Positions 9,148 to 20,530 of a stretch of DNA of 21,658 nucleotides are shown piece by piece. Source of the DNA: Veleropilina oligotropha (lineage: Eukaryota). Position 1 is the stretch's first letter; the number at the start of each line of letters is the position of its first letter. Position numbers and translations under genes: made by a program. The notes below the pieces were generated by a model that was not told the DNA's origin, searched no databases, and was given only the letters and a program-made list of their open reading frames with translations. The stretch lies in assembly GCA_048128005.1 (NCBI GenBank), contig JBEUKZ010000030.1, positions 124,001-145,658 of the forward strand, given 5' to 3'.

Positions 9148-11720
9148 TAGACCGTGGGCCCACCATATACCCCCCTCCCCCCTGGCGATTTTTGAAGATG
9201 AATATTTTCATAATCTTTGGCCATTTCCCTATCCTAATCAGGTTGTCTGCAAGCTTGGCATTGGTGGGTGCGGCTGTGAGGGTCTTTGAAGTAGGGAACC
9301 CCACCTACTCAAAATGTGATCCATTTATCTTAGGTATTGCAAAAACATATACGACCAAACGAAAGATTGGAGATGTAACTGCTGACATTTTCAAAGTTTC
9401 CCTTCAATATTGGTTGCTCGATGATCGATATGTAACCAAATTATTTAATTAAGTTCATTGGTGGTATATCACTAGCGGATCCAGGGGTCCAGACACCCCC
9501 TTTGAAAATAAATAATGCATATGAGATAAAAAACGAAAGAAATACTTACACATTTCAGTTAAAACGGTTCATAGATGCTGGTACGAAATATCGTGTTTGT
9601 ACTGTCAAAATGCATACGAGGGGGTTTCACATCGTTAATTGTTAAAAATTTCTGACAATCAGAGGATCCGGGCCGGACTCTCTGATTGTCAGAAAATTGA
9701 AAATAAGAAATGCATGTGTTTCATTGTGAAAAACACCGAAATATTAACTCATACACTTTAATGAAAACGGTTCATAAATGTTTGTAAGAAATATCGCGTT
9801 TGCACTGGCTGAATGCAGGAGGGGGTTTCACAATTTTAATTAATAGCATTTTCTGGGGGTCTAGGCGGTCCGCCCCCCCTCTAGAAAATAAAGAAATTGA
9901 AGTTGAAAAAACGAAACATTTCTTAAAAAAAAATAGTTAGTGTCAAATGCAGGAGGGGATCGAGTTTCACACCGTTTCTTGACTTTTCTGGGGATACAGG
10001 CGGTCTGGACCCCACGTTTGAAAGCAGAAATGCATGTGTTAGATTATGAAAATAGGAAAAAAGTACTGAGTAACTCATACATTTTAGTAAAAATAGTTCA
10101 CAAATGTTGGTACGAAATAACGCTTTTGCCCTGTCAGAGTGCAGGAGAGGAGGTTTCAGGCTGTTGATTGTCAAAATTTATTTCGCATGGGGCTCCGCCC
10201 CGTACGAACAGTTGATAGTATATTTGATAGGAGTTGGACCCCCATCCTTCTCAAAATCCTGGATCCGCCCCTGTATATTGATATAAATTTATAAAGATAC
10301 AATTCGGCGTCTAGTAGGAACGAAATATCCTTTTGCTGTGCTTGGCGATGCAATGTGAAATTGATTTATTTACCGAACATATTGTGAACTCTTAAATACC
10401 AATCCACATAGCAGGCGGGAACTCAGTTTAACGTCGCTATCCGAGCAGATGGTCAACTGTACAAGTGGATGTCAATGTTATGAGAACTCCACTTATATTT
10501 CACACTTGAAAATAGTGACCAAGCCTATAATGCAGCTTGAAAGTCATATTCAAGTCTGGCAACCTAACGATATAAGTGATCATGCATATTCATCTGTAGT
10601 TCCAAATAACGGGTTAAGCAGTGCGTTATGCTTTTGAAATCCCGGTCTCCAAGTCAAAGATGTTACAGTAAGCATATCAAGGTTGTCATGTGCCCACAAT
10701 GCATGAATTCCCCAAAATGTCTTGGCGATCAAATCTAGGGTGCTTATACTGAGTGATATAATTAATCGTTCGTCATGTCGTAAATTCACCTATCATGTGC
10801 TGACGAGAAACGAGATATTTGTGTTGTCTTTGTAGCAAGACCTGTGCACAAATGTTACAAAGGGAAGAAGGGCAATACCGAAGCATCTGGTACTTGGGAT
10901 AACATTGAGGAAATGTAATGGCAATGTTGAAATTATCTCAATGATCAACCGCTTTCGTATTCGACTCTTCTTAAGCTGGAAACTGCTAAGTGAAAGAGCG
11001 TTGATAAGTGAATCACATTACTCCAATACGAAATTCAGCCATACCACATCGTCATACATCCGTTGGGGTGATTTAGACATAATTAAAGAGATGCCATATT
11101 TGGTGTTGGCACACCGTCCATTCGACCATCATTCGAATTTCTCGATCAATAACAAAGGATCATTAGGTCCCATGCAAACTGCAGACCCACACATGACAAT
11201 ATGTCAAGTCACCATTTCATGGTCTAAAAGGTATATATAAATTCGCAATATGGCCACCCCCCGAAAGACGGAATGCCATTACTTTCATAGATTGAACGAG
11301 TGACCGCAAGACGGAATGCCATTACTTTCATAGATTAAATAGAACGAGTGACCGCATATATGTATCCCCCGGTAATCATGGATGGAATGCGCATACTATA
11401 TGTGAAAACATTATGTTAAGAAAAGTCCTGTCTAGAGCGATCACATGGAATTATGCTTTAACAACCAAGATGGAGGCCACAGCGGCCATCTTAGAGGGCA
11501 GACCAAACCCAAAATATCTAGGTCTCAAAAATTATATAAAATTTTTTTTTAATGTTTTTTCTAAAATAAATATTCCTTAAAATGTTATTAATATAATACA
11601 TATGGCCACTCTGAATCGAATGCCGCAAATTTCAGGTCTGTACACCACGTCGGTCTCGAGTTCTGGCATTTTTAAGAAAAATGTGGCGGCCATTTTATTG
11701 TTTTTTCCGAATGGACCGCA
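9148..11720 (-). mobile_element. Heavily decayed Academ-like DNA transposon remnant (XPG-like motifs)
   Basis: A TAG-starting terminus TAGACCGTGGGCC at 9148. Minus-strand relics EESNTKAVDH (10941-10970, cf. EEADTxxxxH) and GIHALWAHD (10685-10711, cf. HALxGCD) are in the expected order. Subterminal motifs CCGAAAGACGGAATGCCAT and ATGGCGGCC are present. Boundaries are approximate. Confidence 0.5.
9470..10273. mobile_element. MITE with CAGGGGCGGATCCAGG-type TIRs and internal diverged repeats
   Basis: Left end CACTAGCGGATCCAGG (9470), right end CCTGGATCCGCCCCTG (10258-10273), with TATAT on both flanks. Three internal units containing AATGCAT...GTTCA...GAAATA...GGTTTCA start at about 9514, 9709 and 10029. 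Confidence 0.75.
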
Positions 11721-11754
11721 CTTCGATGGGAGAATGGGCGAAGGAGGATCTTAG

Positions 11755-13379
11755 TCCCAATTGCTTGGAAGGTGCTTGCAGGCAACATTCGTGTTCTTGC
11801 CATTGCTGAAGACCATCTTTTAAGAAGCCAGTGCACTTTCTGGCAAAATGCAAAATTAATAATCAGGAGAAGTGTCATGAGGAAACAGATGACTGCGTGC
11901 CATGTTCACCGACTTGACAAAGGCGATCGTTAGGGTGAGACCGCTTCGGCAGCGCAGTGGGTAAGAGTGTCCACTCTAAGTTCACTGGCTTGATTCCGCT
12001 AATACGAACAGTAGTCGGTTCAATACCTGGCTGAGGCATAGACATTTGTTCAAGTTTTGAATCACTGATGTCCGTGACTGGCCGAAGATGGCGGGTTTAC
12101 CCGGGCGACCGGGGTTTCCTCCCGCGATAACACGGACATGTCCTGCCTTGAACCTCGATGTTGTAAATATACAGGACATTCAGCATCATTCCTCCCTCCC
12201 TCCCTCGTTAGGGTGAGCAGGACTGAACGAACTTTGCAAGACCCTGAAGGCTTTTCCCAAAAGTTTATCTAAATGCTCATCCATCTCCAAGAAGACCAGC
12301 CGGTCAGACACTACAGTGATCTATCAGAATCCTTCTCCATTATGGACCAAGGAAAACAATGTTGCGCCCTTGCCCCCATCATGTTTTCAGTATTTTTCAG
12401 CATGATGTTGAAGAATGCTCTGCTGACCTGGACAACGAAGAAAGCGTACATACCCGTTTTCGCACAGACGGCAACCTGACGCGACTATTGGCTCACTCCA
12501 ATACAACTCATAAAGGGGTTGCCGTTCGCTGATGATGATGATGCTCTTATTGCACACACTGAACGTGCAATGCAGCGCGCCACGTCCTGTTGTGCGGAAG
12601 CCTTTGAACATTTTTGTCTTGAGGTAAGACCGAGGCCATTCACCAGCCGGCACCACGATATATCTATCATCCGCCCATCATCTCCATCGATCAGACAGAG
12701 TTGATGTCAGTCCAACAGTTCACGGTGACACAGTGGATAATCGACTTGCCAAGGCAAACAGTTACCAACGCGTTTGGAATTGCAAAAACTTCAAGAAAGA
12801 CACCAAAGAGAAAGTCTGCAAAGAAGTAGTCCTGGCCACCCTCTTGTATGACACAGAGTCCTGGGTGACATATCGTCGTCACATCCAACTGCTTGAGCGA
12901 TTCCATCAAAGCCGCCTCCGCAAGAACCGCAACATCATGCAATTGGAGTGATTTCACCACAAAGATCGAGGTCCTCGATCCTGCGAAACGCACCAGTATC
13001 GAAGCAACGTTGCCCGAGATACAGCGGCGCTGGAAAGGTCACGTTGTCAACAGGGAACACCACAGCCAGCCAAAGATTGCACTTTTTGGCACGCCGCGGA
13101 AGAGATTCAAATACACACTTACCTCCTCGACCATCGCCAGTGGACCGCCCGGATGCAAACAGAGAACCAAGGAGGCAAATCGTCCAACAACCACATAGCC
13201 AGCGTGGAAGAAAAGAGGCAGTGTCGCAAATACAGCTACTTCAGCGACAGCACCTTCTCAAATCTTCACCCCTGCAACCACTATGGCATGATAGGTCTAT
13301 CTCGCATATGCATCATCAGTCACCAAAGTGCCTGCCTCAGACGAGGAGCGCCTTTATAAATCTTCGTTCGCGAAGCCAA
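11755..13379 (+). mobile_element. 5'-truncated, decayed RTE-clade (BovB-like) LINE
   Basis: Relic motifs KVLA..., ESQC-like, QEKC, FTDLTKA, LIHLQEDQ, KQCCALAPIMFSVFFSMML, LPFADDDDAL, VDNRLAKA, VVLATLLYDTESW, LERFHQ and a C-terminal CNHY...ISHQSAC zinc-finger-like motif. The 3' end is CTTCGTTCGCGAAGCCAA. Visibly more GC-rich than the flanks. Confidence 0.92.
11940..12204 (+). mobile_element. Full-length tRNA-derived SINE with V-domain-like core, inserted in the RTE LINE
   Basis: A-box-like GGCAGCGCAGTGG, B-box GGTTCAATACC (12017-12027), core GGGTTTACCCGGGCGACCGGGGTTTCCTCCC and a (TCCC)n tail. Perfect 13-bp TSD TCGTTAGGGTGAG at 11927-11939 and 12205-12217. Confidence 0.9.
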
Positions 13380-14889
13380 TAGTCCACGGGCCAGATATCG
13401 AACCCCCCCCCGCTGGGGATTTTTGGAGACATGCATTTTTGAATAGCCTATTATGTCTCTATTCGATATCTGCTTGTCTGCAATAAAAATATTGGTGGAA
13501 CAACAAAATGGCGGCTTTATCACATTTGAGTTTTGCGTATTTGGTATTTCCGATATATTCTGTTCAGTTTTCAAAGAATACATGCTTGCAATGGATCATT
13601 TTTACGATAAACATTTTGACAACATGATTTACCTTACTTTCGTCCAAAATAATTATTGTAAAATTGTAAAAATGGCGGTTAAAATTCAAATTGGCGGTTT
13701 TACACTATAGTAATTGGGCTTCGATTAGTAAAAAAATTGTTCACTTTTTGCAATGTTTTGAGATTTTTATTATGGATGGATATGACCTAGATATTTTATA
13801 ATCTGCCGGCAGACAAGCTCAACTGGCACTCTGGCGGCCATATGTGAAAAAAATCCAATATGGCCGCCATCTCAAGAAAGGAATACTATTTAGGAATTTA
13901 TGTCTAAACCTCATATATTAATAAATAATACCTCCATTTTGGGGTTTACAAGCATGATTAAGTCTATTATGACATTATTTATTCGAAATTAGATTAAGGT
14001 CGGGGTCAAATCCCCATTTTAAGGTTAAAAATTATATAAAAACAAGCAATATGGTCATCAACCGAAAGACGGAATACCATAACTTAAATTTAAACAACAT
14101 AAACTGATAACTTTTCAAATTTAATATCAAGTCCAAATCACCATTTCAAGGTCGAAAATTGCATATTTAATAACGCGCAATATGTCCGCCACCCAAAACA
14201 CCGACAAGTTTAAATTTTAGTCTAAACATCATAGATTAATAAATAATACCTCCATTTTAGGGTTTTCAAGGATGAGGAAGTCGATTATGACTTTATTTTC
14301 ATGAAAGGCAAGGTCAAATAGCCATTTCAATGTCAAAAAATCGCACAACATGGCTGTCATCCGAAAGACGAAACACCATAGCTTTAATCTAAATAACATA
14401 GATTCATAAATAATACCCCCATAATGGTGCTTTTGGTGATGACGACGTCGATCATGACATAAAACCCAAAATATGGTTGTCACCCGAAAGACGGAATACC
14501 ATAACTTTTAAACTAAGCATCATAATAATATCTCCATCCTGGGGTTTTCAGGATGAGGCAGACGATTATTTTGATGACCAGATTGTCGTATCATCACTTC
14601 AAGGTTAACAATGATGTAAAAACTCTATATAAGCTGATTTAGTATATATAACATGAGTCGTCTTTGATCAATGGGGATATCTCATGACTCTTGTTGCAGA
14701 GTCTCTCGTTTGCCTTCTGGTCTCGACGATGTCAATTGGGCAAGAAAATAACCGTATATTGCCTCGATCCACCCAGCAGATCTCAATGGATATATCTGGT
14801 TTGGCAGTTGTGTAAGTCACAGCGCAACCCACGTGCAATGATGCTAATGGCCCTGAGGGGGTTGAGATGTGAAATAGGCCCATAACCTA
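13380..14889. mobile_element. Non-coding Academ-like element with repeated subterminal motifs
   Basis: Begins TAGTCCACGGGCC...C-run...GATTTTTG, similar to the terminus at 9148. A possible opposite end is GGCCCATAACCTA at 14877-14889. CCGAAAGACG(G/A)AA(T/C)ACCATA recurs at about 14062, 14361 and 14484, with many ATGGCGG/ATGGCCGCC motifs. Confidence 0.5.
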
Positions 14890-14945
14890 CGAAATATCAA
14901 GCGCATTGTGACGGTTGAGTATAAATACGCTACATAAGAACGATA

Positions 14946-16050
14946 TTTTATTAGGGCTCCAACCTTAACCTGTTGGAGCCCTATTGCAATCGCTGAGATT
15001 TTTATTCTTATTATTATTGTTCCAGGCGATTTTGTATCGTAGATAACTCCAAAACGGCTAACGTCAGTAACTTCAAAATTGTAATATTTGTAGACAAGAT
15101 ATTGAACTTGAATGATTTTTTTATTTAGGGATATGGCGCCAACAGCCTTGCCGTCATTTTGTTTTTTGTGAGGCCATAAAAAATAATTATTTCAGTATTA
15201 ACTCTAAAAATCTTATAACAAGAACAATGGGCTTTTGCATTTAGTTTCTATGTGACATAGCATTGCATCAAGTGAAGTCACGCCATAACTTTTTTAATTA
15301 GGGCAGCCGACATATTGGATTTTGCGTTACTTTAAATTTCTAAAAAACGGCGAGATACATTTTTGTTTAAATTTGCGCAATGTTTTCTCAATCAAGCACC
15401 TAAAATGTGTTAAAAGATGGTTTCACCCTAATCAAACAAAGAGCCCCCTTTTGAGACTCCAGTAAAATTATCGGCTATTTTGAATTTTTAAATGGCAATA
15501 ACTTAAAAAATATAAAAGCTACAACAATGATATTTGATATACGTGTACTATGGGTCATACTTTTGTTGTAAGCTTAAGTGTATTTTGATTGGCTAATTAG
15601 AACAGCCGCCATTTTGGATCGAAATCAAAGTTTAATATCTCTAAACGCATTTACGATAGGGCAATGAGATTCACAACATCATTATTAAGGCTTATTCGCT
15701 AGCTGTTGTGCAAATTTGGTGTGGATTGGTTAAGTATGTCAGCCGCCATCTTGACAAAATGAAGTCATTTCGGTTAATTTTTCATAACGCAAATATAGAA
15801 ATTGACATACCTGTTAATCTTAATCTGCTATAACTATCCATTTCAATCTATGCTGCTGGGTAGATGCATACATTTCCAACAAAAAAATAGTTGCTATCCG
15901 GTGTGTTTAGGTCACTATCTGCGAATTTTGAAAAATCTTTAAACTCCGTTTTCTCTTTAATAGTTTGGCGGATCGGAATGAAACTTTGCATATATTGTCT
16001 TTATTCAAACCGTACCATTGTTTTTGTGAAGAATTATTAGTAGGATAAAC
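14946..16050 (+). mobile_element. Helentron-type element 5' end plus diverged interior (right boundary uncertain)
   Basis: T-rich start, perfect 12-bp stem TAGGGCTCCAAC (14952-14963) / GTTGGAGCCCTA (14972-14983), then a (TTA)n-like tract and diverged units with ATAACT...AAA and CAGCCGCCAT(T/C)TTG. Confidence 0.6.
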
Positions 16051-16214
16051 ACAGTATGATCTACGGACATTTGAAATTTAGAATTTCAGTTAGGCATACT
16101 TGAAGAATGTGATGCAAAATTCAAGTCATAATATTCGCATTAAAGTTCTCTAACGTAATGTATATGTATAATATCGTTAACTTTTTTAATTTACTAATTA
16201 CAGCTAATTTAATT

Positions 16215-17207
16215 AACAAGAGCTGTCAGAAGGACAGCATGCTCGACTATCAAAAGCTGGATCGATGAATGGAAATAATTTGGTTAAAATGAAGCTAGAG
16301 TTATGGCCCTTGTATTGCAAGTTCGCATAATGATGTGACAAGCGTATGAAGTTTCAAGGCTGTAGTGTGAACACTTTGTGAGAAAAGGCCCTTCATGCAA
16401 ACTGTTAACCTGAAGTTGACTTTGTGAGAAAAGACCCTTCATGCAAAACATTAACCTGACTTGTCTAAGTCGAAAAAGGGGAATAATTTGGTAAAATAAC
16501 GAAGCCAGATTTATTACGCCTGTAATGTAAGGTCGCATAATGACGTTGAACAAGTGTATGAAGTTTGAAAGGTGTAGTGTGAAAAAATTGTGAGAAAAGA
16601 CCGTTCATGCAAAACATTAACCTGAATTGTCTAAGTCGAAAAAGGGGAATAATTTGGTAAAATAACGAAGCCAGATTTATTACGCCTGTAATGTAAGGTC
16701 GCATAATGACGTTGAACAAGTGTATGAAGTTTGAAAGGTGTAGTGTGAAAAAAATGTGAGAAAAGACCCTTCATGCAAAACATTAACCTGACTTGTCTAA
16801 GTCGAAAAAAGGGGAATAATTTGGTAAAAAAACGAAGCCAGATTTATTACGCCTGTAATGTAAGGTCGCATAATGACGTTGAACAAGTGTATGAAGTTTG
16901 AAAGGTGTAGTGTGAAAAATTTGTGAGAAAACACCCTTCATGCAAAACATTAACCTGAATTGTCTAAGTCGAAAAAGGGGAATAATTTGGTAAAATAACG
17001 AAGCCAGATTTATTACGCCTGTAATGTAAGGTCGCATAATGACGTTGAACAAGTGTATGAAGTTTGAAAGGTGTAGTGTGAAAAAATTGTGAGAAAAGAC
17101 CCTTCATGCAAAATGTTAACCTGAAGTTTGACGCCGACGCCAACGCCGACGCCGACGACAGGGTGACTGCAATAGCTCGTACTATTTTAAAATAGTCGAG
17201 CTAAAAA
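16215..17207 (-). mobile_element. Complete Helentron-type (HINE) element carrying a 166-bp tandem array
   Basis: AACAAG end with hairpin GCTGTC-AGAAG-GACAGC. Perfect subterminal IR GCTCGACTAT (16241-16250) / ATAGTCGAGC (17192-17201). Terminal palindrome AGCTCGTACTATTTTAAAATAGTCGAGCT and a (GACGCC)n microsatellite at about 17130-17158. Confidence 0.9.
16451..17115. repeat. Four near-identical 166-167 bp tandem units (plus a diverged unit at about 16270-16450)
   Basis: The TTAACCTGA unit start recurs at 16451, 16617, 16783, 16950 and 17116. Confidence 0.97.
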
Positions 17208-18490
17208 CGAGAATAGCGCGATTGCTATTGGCGGTATAATCTTCAAATTTGAAATGTAATGTATTCATATTAAGATTTAAATATTAGTATGCTTACAAAA
17301 TGGTTACAATTGTCGACAGCTTCAAAGGAGTAGGCTACATAGCTTACTAGATAGGGGAACAGCAGCACAGAGAGGCTTGAAAAGGAATTTATATTCGCGA
17401 CACTATAATTATGCAGACAATCACACAGTGGACTGTTTTCCCAATAATTGCAAACAGTCTCCCGTCATGTGCCCCTGCGATAAAAAGCTTGCCTTTTAGC
17501 AAAGTTCAACAGGTATTTGGATATATTACCATTGATTACGGATATCATTGTTTGTCAAACACGATATATTCCATAATACTATCATCAGACGTTGACATAC
17601 ATTTTATTTTAGTTAAAACGGTACCAGCATTTAAAATTAATACGAAAGGATAGACAAAATCACAGTTCAAATGTCGTGCATTACTGTATCCAGTGTTGGA
17701 AAATGTTAACCGCGCTGTAAAACGCCAATAGTTTGCAAGCGATTAAAGCTCTTTGTGTTATACAAGGACCCGCTGAATTTCAGCCGCTTGCAATCGTTGT
17801 TTTCTCTCCTGTGAGATACTTATTTTGCGCTTGTAAGATGGTTACCTCTATCGGTCGCTGAAGCGAATACTATAAACATCTTATAATGTGTCAAAGTTTC
17901 TTATTAAAAATATAAAAATATTCATAAAGTCGGAAAGTTTATCTGTCATTTTGTAAGCGATTACATGTCGCTGTAACGGTTATGTCAACTCTACCTAAGC
18001 GCTTATTCAAGATTCAAGATTACATATTATAACTGTTTTTATATGTACAAATATAAAATATATATTACAATATATGATAAAAACTGTTACCGGTAAATGC
18101 AATCTAGTTATTATGGAGAATCCCATGCATCTATACTGACATGTTTGATTTAAACCAATAGCCTACTAACTGGCCCAAATAGTCATATTAGGACATATAT
18201 TAACGCAGGAATAATTAAGGCCCGGTCATTCTGGGAAACCTTCTCTCAACGGTCACTTGTCAAGAACTGTCGCTGCAGTGTTAGCCCATTGCACTTGCGT
18301 ACTTTGTTTGGTAGTTCGTCGGAATTCTGAAAGCCAAATGCTGAATTTGCCAATCTAATTAAACAAAATAAAAGCAACAGGATCCAGACAAAAATGATAG
18401 ACAATGAAAAATATGAAAAGTTCATTTCCTAGGTACGATAATATCTAAACGATCATAACTTTATGGAAAGAACACGTACATAAAGTGTCA

Positions 18491-18703
18491 AATTAAGAGA
18501 AGCCCTTCATGCAAGACTACACGAAATTTATGGTAATGGTAGCGAACCCTGCTTAACTACCACTGACCCTAATGCCCATGGACTATATACCTGACCCTAA
18601 TCTGGATATATTTCATGGGCATTCGGGTCAGTGGTAGTTAAGCAGGGTTCGATTCCATTACCATAAATTTCGTGCAGTCTTACATGAAGGACTTCCTCAA
18701 ATT
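18491..18703. repeat. Long inverted repeat (~100-bp arms), foldback/MITE-like
   Basis: CACGAAATTTATGGTAATGG...CGAACCCTGCTTAACTACCACTGACCC.AATGCCCATG pairs with CATGGGCATT.GGGTCAGTGGTAGTTAAGCAGGGTTCG...CCATTACCATAAATTTCGTG across a short spacer. Confidence 0.92.
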
Positions 18704-19203
18704 AATGGCGTTACATCCCAGTTTGCGGGACTGATTCGGGTTCAGCATCTTTATGAAATATTCCTAAGACTGATTGCATGTATAGCCGCTGTAAGATTCA
18801 TATTGGTATTGTATAGAGTTAAATGCAAATGCCAAACTGTAGGATATGCGATAAATATTATGACTGTAAAAGATAAAATTCTCTTAATCCGTTTAAAGAA
18901 TTAATGAATTGTGAACTGCAATTTGATCACAAATATTTCAACACCGATGAATTATGCTCTTACATGAAGTGGTTACCCATATGCTGGGTACTTGTTCAAT
19001 GTTCGGCTAATGTAGTTATGAGAACGACATTTAGCAAATATGCAAGCACCAACATACAAACAAAATTCATGAAGCATTGGTGAAATTAGCTTGAGCTCTC
19101 GATGTGACATTGGGTATAACGTCGCATTTGCCAAATTCAAGTGGCACAACTCTGGTAATACAGGTCCAATTTCGCTAGCTATTCATTATGATACGACTGG
19201 ATC

Positions 19204-19255
19204 AGTGTTAAATGTCCTGTATATTTACAACCTTCGGGTTAAATGCAGGGCATGT
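19204..19255 (-). mobile_element. 3' fragment of the same SINE family
   Basis: The reverse complement ACATGCCCTGC...GTTGTAAATATACAGGACATT matches 12136-12180. Confidence 0.75.
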
Positions 19256-19277
19256 AAATATTAGCGAGGGTCCGCTC

Positions 19278-19337
19278 CCATTACCATAAATTTTGTGCAG
19301 TCTTAACATCGTGGACTTCCCCAAATTAATGGCGTTA
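19278..19337. repeat. Solo copy of the right arm of the 18491-18703 foldback element
   Basis: CCATTACCATAAATTTTGTGCAGTCTTA...GGACTTCC.CAAATTAATGGCGTTA matches 18655-18713. Confidence 0.8.
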
Positions 19338-19349
19338 AGGGAAAAACAC

Positions 19350-19590
19350 ATGTGCGCGCACCTGGTGCGCACGTCAATTCTGACGCGCACGTTGAAGTGT
19401 CAACTTTTCGATAAGCCGAACATATATGTGTCGCGCACGTCAAACGCAATTCATACTAAATTGTACGTCATGCAATAAATGATTTCGTTTCTACAGCCAT
19501 TTTGTTTTTCTTTTTCAATTCGAGGCAACAGCGTGACGTATGGCGTATGTCAGAACGAGGTTGTAGTGGCAAAAAGACCGGAAGTTTATG
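19350..19590. promoter_or_regulatory. Possible promoter-like motif cluster
   Basis: CpG-enriched patch with NRF1-like TGCGCGCA (19353), YY1-like GCCATTTT (19496), CRE-like TGACGTA (19534) and ETS CCGGAAGT (19578). It could instead be transposon-derived. Confidence 0.3.
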
Positions 19591-20351
19591 CAGTCTGTTG
19601 TTGTTTACTGTTGAAAAGCGTTGATATGCATTCGTATTCCCGCACTAATCCCCGTCTTAATTATCAATTGCTGATTTTTGCGCTACATATAAACCTAGGG
19701 ATCTCACATTTAATAAATTTCCCTTCATGAGTAAGCCAACGTTTGGCGATCAGCCTAGCCTTTCAAGTTTTCGGTATCGTAGAGTGCGCGGCCTCTCGTA
19801 TCATACGTATGTACTATCACAACTTGTTTTCTGATAAAAACATGACGTGTGGTTTAATTAATTTACATTTCATTTATTACACAAATATTAAAGCATGCAT
19901 GGACGCAATTTCACCATTGCACACTTGACATTCTTGTGTGAAAAACGATTTACCTTTGCTTTGTTGTGTTCATAATTAATATATAACACGTACTGCATTC
20001 TAGATATCACAAATCCCTATTCTCCATACATAAAACAATAGTATTCTATTTTTAACAGATTTTAACAATAAAACAAAAATGTTCCGTCTTCCTTCCTATC
20101 AGCTAATTAATTAGCATGCTTTTTGAATTTATACTCTGGATACAGTATGAAATTAATAAATATTTCTTTCACCTTTACCACATAGGCCTATACCGGTATA
20201 TCAAATTAGAATTTTATAAAATACAAAAAAACAGGCGATCAAAACAGATATAACCGGGGAGCCAGAGGGTGGACCGGAGATGAGTATGTAGGCCTAAATT
20301 TTAAAGGCTGAAAGTGGTCCTTAATGTATGTCGGTCAGATCACAGTGAGAC

Positions 20352-20376
20352 CAATTCAATTCAATTCAATTCAATT
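20352..20376 (-). repeat. (CAATT)5 pentamer tract, possibly a retroposon 3' tail on the minus strand
   Basis: The minus strand reads ATTAAA followed by (ATTGA)n. Confidence 0.55.
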
Positions 20377-20530
20377 TTAATAAGCACAAAACCTACATAC
20401 AAGCAGATATATCTTTGGACAAAAACAATAAAACATAACAGGTGAGAAAATAATTGTAGGCATACAAACATAAAATGGTTAAGTTAATCAAATGATACTA
20501 AATGTAATGAGATTCATAGGTTTGAATTTT

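Noticed and set aside
9033..9452. 139-aa plus-strand ORF
   Set aside because: It spans a transposon terminus and has no recognisable domain, so it is likely spurious.
11940..12035. Possible tRNA gene
   Set aside because: A/B boxes are present but there is no cloverleaf. It is the head of a SINE bounded by TSDs.
16284..17052. Three near-identical ORFs (MFNVIMRPY...) and a possible CRISPR-like periodicity
   Set aside because: They come from the 166-bp tandem units. There are no unique spacers, no cas genes, and the context is eukaryotic.
17390..17500. Minus-strand peptide containing FIAG, reminiscent of the P450 I-helix
   Set aside because: It is on the wrong side of the gene, lacks the following (E/D)TT, and has no convincing splice sites. 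Chance match.
18230..18355. Possible minus-strand exon after a pyrimidine-rich acceptor (ttttgtttaattag)
   Set aside because: No reading frame resembles a P450 N-terminal exon or any protein I recognise, and the donor is weak.
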